A DNA stretch of 64,000 nucleotides from the human T2T-CHM13v2.0 reference genome, Homo sapiens. The stretch lies in assembly GCF_009914755.1 (NCBI RefSeq), contig NC_060926.1; one strand, written 5' to 3'. A program made the position numbers and the translations under genes. Position 1 is the stretch's first letter; the number at the start of each line of letters is the position of its first letter. The notes beneath the pieces were generated by a model, which saw nothing but the letters and a program-made list of their open reading frames with translations, did not search any database and was not told the DNA's origin. Shown here in pieces: positions 52,635 through 64,000 of this stretch.

Positions 52635-54035
52635 TAATTTTTTAACAGATTTATTGAGAAGTAGTTAACATATAATAAATCGAATGTACTTAAAGTATAC
52701 AATTTGGTGTTTTGATATATTTACACACCCATGAAACCATGACTACAGTCAAGATAGGGAACATATCCATCACCCCCAAAGGTTTCCTCATGACTCCTTG
52801 TAATCACTCTCTCCTCCCTCTCCCCAATCCCCTGCTTTCATCCCTAAGCAATCATTAATCTGGTTTGTCACTATAGATTAGTTTTCATTTTCTAGAAGTT
52901 TTGTAAATGAAGTGACACAGTATTCACTCTTCTTTGGTCTCGGTTTTTTCACTCAGCATAATAATTTGGGGATTCATCATGCTATTTCCTGTATCAATAG
53001 TTTCTTCCTTTTATTGCTGAATTTGAATTCATTATATCCTATACAATTTGTCCAGGCTTTCAATTCTGTCTACCTCTTAATGGAAATTTATGTTATTTCC
53101 AGTTTAGGGTTATTGCATATAAAGTTTCTATGAACATTTGTGTGCAAATTTTCTATTGAACAAATGCTTTCATTTCTATTGGGTGGAATGCATAGATCAT
53201 ATGGTAGTATATCTTTTAAAAAATTGACAAACATTTCCAAAGTGGTGTACATTTTACATTCCCACCAGCAAATGTATGAGAGTTTCAGTTTCTTCATATC
53301 CTTACTAATGCTTTGTATGGTCAGTATTTTAAGTTTAGCCATTCTAATATATGTGTAGTGATATCTCACTGTGGTTTTAATTTGTATTTCTCTAATAACT
53401 CGTGATGTTGACCATCTTTTCATGTGTTAATTTGTCATGTATATTACTTCCCTGGCAAAGTGTCTTCAAAGTTTTTGCCAGTTTTTTTTTAATTGGATTA
53501 TTTGTTTTCTTACACTGAGTTTGAAAGTACTTTATTTATTCTGGAGGCAAGTCCCTTTATCAGAAATATGATTTTCAAATATTTTTCTTCCAGTTTTTGA
53601 CTTTCTTCTTAACAATATCTTTCAGAAAAATGTTTTTAATTTTGATGAAATCTTACTTATTTTCTTCTTTGATCATGTTCTTGGTGTTATATCTAAGAAA
53701 TTTCTACCTAATTCAAGAGTAAAAAATTATGTTTCCTTTTAGAAATTTTAGTTTTAGGTTTTGTAGTTAGGTCTGTGAACCATTAATAGTTAATTTTTAT
53801 ACATGGTATGAGATATGAATCAGCATTCATTTTATGACATATGTATATCCAATTATTCCAGCATCCTTTGTTGAAAAGACTGTCCTTTCTCCATTGAATT
53901 GCCCTTGCAACTCTGTCAAAAATCAGTTGCAATATAGGTGTAATATAGGTGATATTACACCGATATCATGCTGTCTTCATGACTGTAGCTTTCCAATAAG
54001 TCTTGAAATTAAGCTGTGGTAGCCCTCCAACTTTC
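52635..54035 (-). mobile_element. L1M (L1MB/MC-type) 3' ~1.4 kb
   Basis: Minus ORF 53088-53423 (MKRWSTSRVIREIQIKTTVRYHYT) is L1 ORF2-like; reverse 3' end TTTATTGAG...TTAAAGTATACAATT. Confidence 0.93.
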
Positions 54036-57000
54036 CTTTCCTTTCCCTTCCTTTATAAATCCCCCAACTGTGGTTATTACTGTAGGTACTATTGTTGACT
54101 TGAGCTTTTCTCTATAAACATGACTGGCCTTAGTGAACTCTGGAAACTCCTACAATTTTCATAAACAATTTTATGATAAAGGCTGTAAAAAAAAAAAAAA
54201 GGCAGAACTGCTAGCCCCAGCTTCTCCTTTGAGTTCCAGGCCTGTGGCTCCACTAATTTACAGACAGCTATCAGAAATCTCATTTCTTCAACCCCTGAAC
54301 TTTTATATAATTCTCTTCTGACACTTCCCATCAACTTTCCCTCCTAACTTCATGATGTCAGCCCCACCACCGTTTTTCTGTCGCCCAGACTTGAAACCTC
54401 ATCTTTGATTTAGCTCTTTCTTTCTTTTTCTGATCCAATACATCACTATATCCTGGCCTTTTATTTTTCATTCAAAACATGTTTCATGTATGTTTTCTCC
54501 ATTCTCCCATTGTCACTGTTACTAAATTCGTACTACCATTTTCTCATGTGTGAATGGCTGACTGAAAGCCCAATTGGCCTTCCTACTTCCAGACACTTCC
54601 TGACTTTCCTTTCCCAGACCCAAGGCAATCCTTAGATTTATCTTCCTAAAGCAAATTATGCTCAAGTCAGCCCGAAAGTTTTCCATTCTAGTTAGGTTTA
54701 CTCCTCCCTCCCTCTTTGTAATTTGCTCTAGTCTGTGATTTTTTCTTTCACTCTCATTTGCACATTAATCTGACTAGTTTTAACATTTTCTAAGTAGAAG
54801 AGAATTTTAAATAACATTTATTTAAAGCCTTTTTAGAAAGGCTATAAAATCTATGTACTATCATATAATTTGTTTCCCAATCCCACTGCTGTAATTTAAA
54901 CTGTACTTTCCACATTTTCACTGAACTTGAAAGATACTCCATCATTTGACACTGAATAATTTTATTTATTTAAACCTAACCCTTGCTTTATAGTCATATA
55001 AGGATCTACTATAGGTTAAAGACAAACCTAACAAACCAAACAAACAGTACCTAAATACCTAACCAAGACAAGATCCAGTGAAAATGAATTCCCTCCATGT
55101 CTCTAACACAAGTAGACCAGTTTTAATAGTGTCCTATAAAAATGGGGACAAATTCCTGTGACCATAGGCAACTAAGAATTTTCAGAAATGACAGATTATT
55201 AGAAATCCCCCTCCTTCAACTACAAGTGCAACAAGTTCAATTACCCCTGTGAGTTCCCAGCCCTAACAGAGTCACGGGAAAGATGCATTTATCACAAACG
55301 AAACAAGCTTTAAAGATTTACTTGCCTATGATCTTTTGGAGAAAAGATAAGAAATGAAACATCATATTTGCTTTTAAATATAAATCTCCTTTAAGGAAAG
55401 TAATATTTGAAGATCAATTGTTTTGATAATAAAATAAACTTTAGAACCTTGTTTATGGACACTGGGTGACATAAAACTAAGAAATGTATGTTCTGCTTTT
55501 TGAGAATGTAGTATCCTTAAAATGGAATCATTAATATTATGAGAATGTCAATGTTAACGGTAAAATATTACACAGTTCATTATTCTGGCAAAGAACTCAT
55601 TTCTTTAAAGGCAGGTATTTATTTTTCACCCATTAGTATCTAAGGAAATCCCTCATACACAGTTAAGCATGTCATATGTATTTATAAATTAAATTCAGTG
55701 ACACTATTTTCCCAATATTGATAATATTTTGACAGTTAAGCAATTGGTCTCTAAGGGTCAATTAGAAATCTAATTTGCAAGAAGAAAATGAAAAATGAAA
55801 AGAAGCAGTATAATTCTGGATTCGATCTTTTTTAGGCTAAGAAAATAAAATGGAAGACCCGAATCAAAACAGGGTATCTATCAGATCATTTTCTGATGTG
55901 TAATGTAGACTTAGTTTTAAATGCTAAAAAGTAAAAGTTACACCTTATATTAGTAGAATGGTTTTCTTACAAGAAGCTCAAATTCTTTTGAAAAGACTCC
56001 CATATTTTCAAGGACATGCAGGTTCAAGTGCAAGAGTGTTTGTGGGATAAAGGTGTCATAAACCAGATCGTGGTGTTTACAACACCAGCAAGCACCCTGT
56101 GTAATCTCACACCATTCAACTTAATAGCTGCTTCAAAATATAGGACAATAGAGTTTCCTAGGATTCTCACATACAGAAGGAACCTAGCTTATTTTTCTTT
56201 TTCCCACTTCATGTATAAGGAACAAGGGTCAAGGAAGGCTAACCTCACACAGCAAGCTAGTCCAAACATAGCAGTTACATTGCCTGACTGCTCAAGGTCT
56301 ATATTGCATTAACTTTCACCTGCTCAGGAAAGACAAGTGCAATACTTTGTTTGGATGAAAGCAAAAAAATTCGGGTATCCAAACCAAACAGCTTAGGTGA
56401 GAAGATGATTCAGCTTATTCAGATCTAGGCAAACAAATGAGAAAAAATAAAAGGAGGGGAAAAAAAAAAACCCTTACAAAACCTACCATTCCTCAGAAAA
56501 CCTAATCCCACAACCAAAAAAAAAAAAACATAACATTTTTAATTTTTAGGAAAAGATATATGTGGCAGTATAGCGTAGAAAGAGTAAAAGTTGGAAAAGA
56601 GAGATTTAGAAATATATCGAGTTACATGTAATGCACACAATGTGATTTCTGATAATTTTGGAAAGATATTTTGAATTGACTTTAAAGGGAATGGAGAGGG
56701 ATGTGAGAGAGTGAACTTGTTCATTTAAGCATGTTTTTCCCCCAGTCCTTACTGCTCATCTGAAAACAAGAAGTAGAGCAGGTCAGGAAAGGGGTTATGG
56801 TTAACACTGCAAGATGAAAGATAAGCAGCCAGGCAGTTAGAAGCCAAGGCATTTTATCTAGAAGAGCAGGTCTGGCCTTGTTTCTATCTTGATAAGAATT
56901 AGATTGGAGAGCTTGTTTGTCTATAGACTAGGATGGGGTGGAGGGGTGTCGGGGCTGAAGGAAGGGGACAGGGAAGTCAGGGGCTGAGTTATGGAGTAGT

Positions 57001-58346
57001 GGCAAACCACTAATGTAGTGATAATTCCCTCTTCTATGTTCTATGTCTACCTGAACTTTGAAATTGCTAGACTTGTCTATTTAGATAACATGGCTGTGTT
57101 TCTTTCAAATATGGAGACTTAAATATCTAGAAAGTTTAGGTGACCTGAACAGGCTAATTGCCTAAGTCTAAAATTTCAGGACAATAGCTAACTGGATGGG
57201 CTATTAACAGAGAACTTGAAAGAAATGACATTTTAATTTAAGCAGCTCTTTAAATGGTGTGTTTATCTTTATTCTGAAGCATATGCACGATATACTCTGA
57301 CTTGCTTTTTAAAGTTGTGTTTTCATTTCAAGTTTTTAAAAATACATTACAATTATAGCAGCTTCCACTTTCTTACTGCTCTGATTTGATGATACAACTG
57401 ATTTAGAATTATGTTTTACAATATAATTATTAAAATTTGTAAAGTCCTAAGTTCACCAAAATTTGTTCTGATTATGGCCATGACTGTAAAAACAGCAGGT
57501 TTCCCTGGGATTTTATTTGCTTTTACCCTTAGAATTTTAGTCCATAATAGAACCAAGAAATCAGAATTTCAAAATGAAACGGGTTATCTTTTTAAAAAAA
57601 TAAGCCTATAAAATTATTTGTAGCTATTTGAAATGATTCTTAATCATGGTAGGTTTATGTTGCTCATGACCTTAGTTGTTCAAGTAGAGTTTGTTGAATA
57701 CACAAGATGATTAGCAGAGGAGGAAGCATTATAGGATTAATATAGTTCATAAACCTTTAGGGGTTTATAGCCTCTATGAGAAATAAACCAGGGCATTTTT
57801 AGCCCAAATGATTAGATACCAAAACAAATTTGTAAAAATAACAGGTGGGAAGAAAGCATCTTGAAACAATATATTTTTTCTTATTATCTTGGCCACTGTA
57901 TAGATTGTCTGGTACCTTGAGTCTTATCTTCTCTGTGGTCCTGAGGCAGTCCCTATATATAATTAGCTCTGGACCTGGCCTGACCTCCAGGAGCAATGTC
58001 TAGAATGTGTTCATTACAGTGCCTGGCACATAGGAAGAGTGAATTGAGTGTTTGTTAAATGAATACAGATAAGAATAATCAAAATGCTCATTGGTGAGAT
58101 TGATTAAAATAAATTATATATCCATGCACTGGGATACTATGCAACTGTGAAAATTATGTAGTTAACTATTTAATAACATGGAAAGACAATGACAGATTAT
58201 TAATTAGAAAAAAGTTATAAATCATATGAGTAGAATGATTCCATATGTGAATAAACAATATGTACCTATGTATTAGATATGTATGATAATTTTTAGAAAG
58301 ATACATACCAATATGCTTATATGTAAATGGTTGGATTATGAGGGGA

Positions 58347-58656
58347 TTTTTTTTCTTTTTTTTTTTTTTTTTTGAGACAGACTCTCACTCTATTGCCCAG
58401 TCTGGAGTGCAGTGGCATGATCTCGGCTCATTGCAACCTCCGCCTCCTGGGTTCAAGTGATTCTCCTCAGCCTCAGCCTCCTGAGTAGCTGGGATTACAG
58501 GCCCCCGCCACCATGCCCGGCTAATTTCTGTATTTTTAGTTGAGATGGGTTTTTGCCATGTTGGCCAGGCTGGTCTCAAACTCCTGACCTCAAGTGATCC
58601 ACTCACCTCAGCCTCCTGAAGTGCTGGGATTACAGGCATGAGCCACCACAGCCAGC
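58347..58656 (-). mobile_element. AluS inserted in the IR2 left arm
   Basis: Full dimer; TSD TGGATTATGAG on both sides; the empty site is visible in the right arm (CTCATAATCCA near 59473). Confidence 0.97.
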
Positions 58657-58709
58657 TGGATTATGAGTTTTTTTTAAATTTTACTTTAAAACTTTCACAC
58701 ATTTAAAAA

Positions 58710-58719
58710 ATATATATAT

Positions 58720-58768
<49 letters not shown>
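58710..58768. repeat. (TA)n(CA)n(TA)n microsatellite
   Basis: Seen directly; absent from the corresponding position of the right arm. Confidence 0.95.
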
Positions 58769-58770
<2 letters not shown>

Positions 58771-59154
58771 AAAGATTGTTTTTATGATAATTTTTTTTAA
58801 CATCCTAAAGGTGAGGATATAGAAATAGCAAGTGATAATTATTCTTTGGTAAAACTTGTCTGTGAAAGGAAGTGGACTGAAAGCATAGAAGCTACAGCTC
58901 ATTTATAACCAATCGAGAAGCAGGACATGTCAAATGCTGTACAGAGTCCTGCTACCTGGGAAGCTTCTGATAAACGAGGGTTGCTATTATTATTATTGTC
59001 ATTAAAATGTCTTCAGTTCTCATAGACTTTCAGCACCAGCACACTGTCCAGGAGCACTGTCCAGAATGTTCTCAAGGAGAGTTCTCTTTCTAGAACGCTC
59101 TCCTTTTTTAAAGTTTCTTCTCTTATTTCCCGCTCCTTGGCTACTCAGTAGAGT

Positions 59155-59807
59155 TGTGCTGGTGCTGAAAGTCTACGAGACCTGAAGGCATTTTAGTGGT
59201 AATAATAATAATAATAGCAACCCCCGTTTATTAGAAGCCTCCCAGGTAGCAGGACTCTGCACAGCATTTTACACAGTGTGCTACTCCATTGGTTATAAAT
59301 ATGCTGTAGCTCCTATGCTTTCAGTCCACTTTCTTCCACAGAAAAGTTTTGCCAAAGAATAATTATCACTTGCTATTCAATATCCTGACCTCCAGGATGT
59401 TAAAAAATGTTTATCATAAAAATAATCTTTTCTATGTAATTTTTAAATGTGTAAAAATTTAAAATTAAAAAACTCATAATCCAACCGTCTATACATATAA
59501 GCATCTTGGTACAACTCTTTCTAAAAATCATCATACATATCTAACACATAGGTACATATTGTTTATTCACATATGGAATCATTCTACTCATATGATTTAT
59601 AACTTTTTTCTAATTAATAGTCCATCGGTATCTTTCCATATTGTTAAATAGTTAACTACGTAATTTTTCACAGTTGCATTATATCCCAGTGCATGGATAT
59701 GTAATTTATTTTAATCAACCTCACCATTGAGCATTTTGATTACTTTTATCTCTATTCATTTAACAAAGAATTCACTCTTACTAGGTTCTAGGCACTGTAA
59801 TGAACAC
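59155..59807 (-). repeat. Long inverted repeat IR2, right arm
   Basis: About 87% identity to the left arm in a ~243-bp block aligned by hand. Confidence 0.95.
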
Positions 59808-59883
59808 TTTATGGTATTTACACATTTAATTACTGTAAAAACCAATCAGGACAAATAAGTATTGTAGGCTAACAGATTGCACA

Positions 59884-60606
59884 ACAACAAATGCTGGTGG
59901 GGATGTGCAGAAAAGGAAGCTCTTGAACACTGTTGGTCGGAATGTCAATTAGTACAGCCATTATGAAGAATAGTATGGAGGTTCCTTAAGAAAACTAAAA
60001 ATAGAACTGCCATACAATCCAGAAACTCCGCTACTGGGTATTCTCCAAAAGAAAGGAAATCAGTATATCAGAGAAATAGCTGCACCTCCATGTTTATTGT
60101 GGCACTATTCACAATAGCCAATATATGGCACCAAACTTAGTGTCTATCAATAGATGAATGAATAAACAAAATATGTTTTACATAGACACAATGAAATACT
60201 ATTTGGCTGTAAAAATGTCATATCATTTGAAGCAACATGGATGGTACTGGAAGTCATTATGTTAAGTGAAATAAGCCAGGCACAGAAAGACAAATATTGC
60301 ATGTTTTCACTCATATGTGGGAGCTAAGAAGGTTTATCTCAGGGAGGTAGAGAGTAGATTCATAGTTCCTAGAGGCTGGGAACAACTGAGTGGGGGATGA
60401 AGAGAGGTTGGTTAATGGGTACAAAGATACAGTTAGATAGAAGCATTAAGTTCTAGTGTTTGATAGCACAATAGGCTATATATAATTAACAATAATTTAT
60501 TGTATATTTCAAAATAGCTAGAAGAGAAGATTTGGAATGTTCCAAACACAAAGAAATAATTAGCGTTTGAGGTGATGGCTACCCCAATTGCCCTGATTTT
60601 TTATTA
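59884..60606 (+). mobile_element. L1MA 3' fragment inserted into a MIR
   Basis: AACAAATGCTGGTGGGGATGTGCAGAAAAGG...CATTATGTTAAGTGAAATAAGCCAGGCACAGAAAGACAAATA; TSD-like TAAAAACCAA(T/C)CAGG near 59836 and 60615. Confidence 0.93.
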
Positions 60607-60634
60607 TGTAACAATAAAAAACCAACCAGGCTGC

Positions 60635-60800
60635 AACAACCTTATTAATAGTAGTAATCCTCTTACTGTCCCTATTTTACAGATAAAGGAACTAAGGCAC
60701 AGAAAAGTAACTTGCCCAAGTTCACAGAGCTAATAAGTAGCAGAACTGAGGTTTCAACTCAGGCTGGCTCTAGAGTAGGTGCCCTTAACTACTGTGATAT
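60635..60800 (-). mobile_element. MIR SINE
   Basis: CCCTATTTTACAGATAAGGAACTAAGGCACAGAAAAGTAACTTGCCCAAGTTCACAGAGCTA. Confidence 0.9.
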
Positions 60801-61514
60801 GGTTGCTATCAGAAACAATGCTGCAATGAATGTCTTAATTTCTTATTGTTTCCTTAGAAAAACACTTAGAATGAAAATGCACCTTAGATTGACAGACCTT
60901 AGATGATACTGTGCATTATTAAAATTAAATCTCACACTGTTTCAACTTGTATTTCTCACTCACAATTCTCTGAATCTACTGAAATTTTTTCAGTCTTCAT
61001 CTTTCATGACCACTCCATAGCATGGGATGACTGATCACTCCTTTCTCTTGCTGTTCTTTACTGCTTCAGTGTGATATCGCCCTTGGCTACTTCCCTCTAA
61101 CTTGTATTAACATTCCTCCCCTGACTCCCTCGCTGATACTTCCCTCTGACCTCCTTTTACATTTTGGTGTTTCTTCGCTCTCCACTTTATCCTCGCCTCA
61201 TGTTGCAATCTCCCTGGGAAATCTCATCCATTCCCATGACTTTCACCACAATTTAAATGCTAATGCCTCATAAATCTTTATCCCCTTCCAGACATCTCCG
61301 TTAACTCTAGACTTATATATGTAACTGTCTATTAGACGTCTTCACCAGGGATATTCTCCAGGCTTTCAAAAACCGAATATGTTTAAAATTGAACTGGCCA
61401 CTTTTCTCCTACACCTGATCTTCATCTGGATTTATCATCTGAATTTGATTTTACCATCATACAGCCAGACACCTAATAAGAGAGTCATTTTAGATTTGAG
61501 TAATGATGATAACA

Positions 61515-61755
61515 AAGGTTTTGAATCTAACAACCCTGGGTTTGAACCCAAGGTATGCCACTTAAAATCTGGATGGCCTTGAGAAAGTTGCTCAAACTCT
61601 CTAAACTTTATTTTTGTTATCTATAAAATCAGAATAAAAATACCTACTTTGCAACACTGTTGGGAAATTGAAATGGGATGATGTATGTTATACTGTGTAT
61701 GTTCTTTTGGGAGTGCTTGACATATTAAAAGCATTCAATAAAGAGTATTGCTATT
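61515..61755 (+). mobile_element. MIR SINE
   Basis: CCTTGAGAAAGTTGCTCAAACTCTCTAAAC...ATCTATAAAATCAGAATAAAAATACCTAC. Confidence 0.75.
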
Positions 61756-61919
61756 TTGGCAGTGATGTTTCACCTCTCACATCCAATCAGCTTCTGAGTC
61801 CTATTGTTTCTAACTCTGTAACCTCACTCCAATAATCTTTCTCTCTTTACTTTCCCTGCTGATAATGCCTAATTAAGATCTTGTCGTCTCTGCTTTAAGG
61901 GTTGCAATTTTCTCTAATT

Positions 61920-62242
61920 CAGTGGTTCTCAACCTCTTTTTTATTCCTGATGTCAACATACAGAATGGATGAAGTTCACATGCATGATGCTCCGTCAGGC
62001 ATACTCCATGTTAAGTACAATTCTAGAAGTTTAGGCTATAACTCCACCCCCTTGTTTCTCATTCCAATAGGAAATATACTAAAATATACTGGGGAAAAAA
62101 GTAAGAGTAGAATTAGCAAAGAGGGAAACTTGAATCCACTCCAGTTTTTTTGTCTTGTGCAAATGTGAGTACTGCATTTCTAGTAGCAAACTGCTTGCAG
62201 CATACCTGTGTGCCAGTATACCATGGGTGAGCGAGCTTTGCC
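61920..62242. mobile_element. hAT-Charlie-type MITE
   Basis: CAGTGGTTCTCAACC left terminus; degenerate right end. Confidence 0.5.
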
Positions 62243-63425
62243 TTAGCTAACTTCCTTTACTAACCCTCTCACCCCACACTAATTCCATTCCCTACACTAT
62301 TGTCATAGTAAGTGGTTTCTATTATATAGACTTTACCCTGTGCCCTGAATTTTCTATGAGACAAAATACAACTCCCATTAGCTTGGCGTTCAAGATCTTT
62401 TAGACCTATCCTTTTCAGCTTTTTCAGGCTTTCCTTTTTATATACTCCACCAGACATACGTCTCTTGAAACAACAAAATAATGGTATTTTCCACCTCCCA
62501 TTTCTCCCTTTCCTGTCTCTCCTCACTCCACAAGAGTCTGCCTTAAGCTCCAGACCCTCCCCTGAATGTACCCTCAAATATGGGCACCCACGACCTATAT
62601 ACTCCTAAATCCATTGGGCATTTTTCACTTAGTAGCAATGAACACGTTGAGCACTTCCTTTCCTCCTAATTCTTTGGCTTCTCCTTTATTAATCTCCTTT
62701 TCTGGCGATTTTTCTTCTATTTATAGTTCAATATTCTGCCCCCAGGACTCTTTCCTGAGCAGTTTTCTTTTCTTCAATTCTCTTTACGTTCTACAAACTC
62801 TCTTTGGGAAATCCACACTACTCTTTACGGTTCCAATTACTATCTATGTGCAAGTGCCAAATAATCCTCTATTTCTAAGCTTACCTCTTTCCTGAACCCT
62901 ATATATACAATTGCTCATAAGACTTTCCAACTTAAGGGTCTTGTGCATGATATAAACATAGTGTTTTCAGAAGGGAATTCCTCATCCTCCAACCCTCCCT
63001 AGTCAACCTCTTTTTCATTAAAGTTGCACACCTGTATAAATGACACCACTCACCCAATTTCTTCAGTGAGAATTGAGGAGATATATTTGACCTCTCCCAC
63101 TATTTTTGACCCCTACAACTAGTTACCATATCTTGTTGATTATATCTCACAAATATCTCTAAAATTCATCACATAATGACAATCCATTGCAGCCATCTTA
63201 CCCCAGACTGCCATCATCTCTTACCTAAATTAATTAATCACTTGGCTCCAATGTTGTCCCACATGAACCCATCCTGCTCTAGGCTCATCTATTTTTCTTC
63301 AAATCTGATAATTTAACCCCCTAACTTAAAACCCTTCAAGATAAAGTTCAATTATCTTGAACTTTGATTATCACTTTTAAGGCTTTCTAAGATCTAGTTC
63401 TGGCCCCCACTACCAGCCCAGATGA

Positions 63426-63789
<364 letters not shown>

Positions 63790-64000
63790 TCTTGTGTCTC
63801 TTTTTGTCTCTGTTTTGCTCACATTGAATGCTCTCTTGTCCCTACCCCTTTTTCTATGCCTGGCTCAATCTATTTCAGAGTTCCTATTCTCTAGGATTGA
63901 TCGTATACTCCACTGTAGATTTCCAAGGTCTTAATACTTTCCATACCATAACATATATTTCTTTACTAGAAGCCCTCTTATCTCATATGATTGCTAATAT

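Larger units (their letters stand above)
58007..59043 (+). repeat. Long inverted repeat IR2, left arm (contains Alu and CA microsatellite)
   Basis: Reverse complement of 59155-59807 once the Alu and STR are removed. Confidence 0.95.

Overview
Primate (human-like) AT-rich non-coding DNA with no protein-coding exon that I can support. The short ORFs supplied are repeat-derived or chance frames. The one anchor I recognise from memory is the 80-nt hairpin at 3068-3147, the MIR4776 precursor (MIR4776-1 on +, MIR4776-2 on -). If that is right, the window is human 2q34 intergenic DNA between ERBB4 and the 3' end of IKZF2 (recalled, not verified). The background is ordinary interspersed repeats: 8 Alus, L1M, L2, MIR, MaLR/ERVL LTRs and hAT MITEs. 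The unusual signal is a set of locally templated duplications at very different scales: a 12-bp snap-back inside an L1, the perfect 33-bp miRNA stem inside an old LTR, a ~300-bp ~96% inverted repeat, a ~650-bp ~87% inverted repeat whose left arm is bracketed by a 23-bp direct repeat, and a ~143-bp displaced direct copy bracketed by an 11-bp direct repeat. I see no evidence for a new gene system. Repeat boundaries and subfamily names were read by eye and are approximate.
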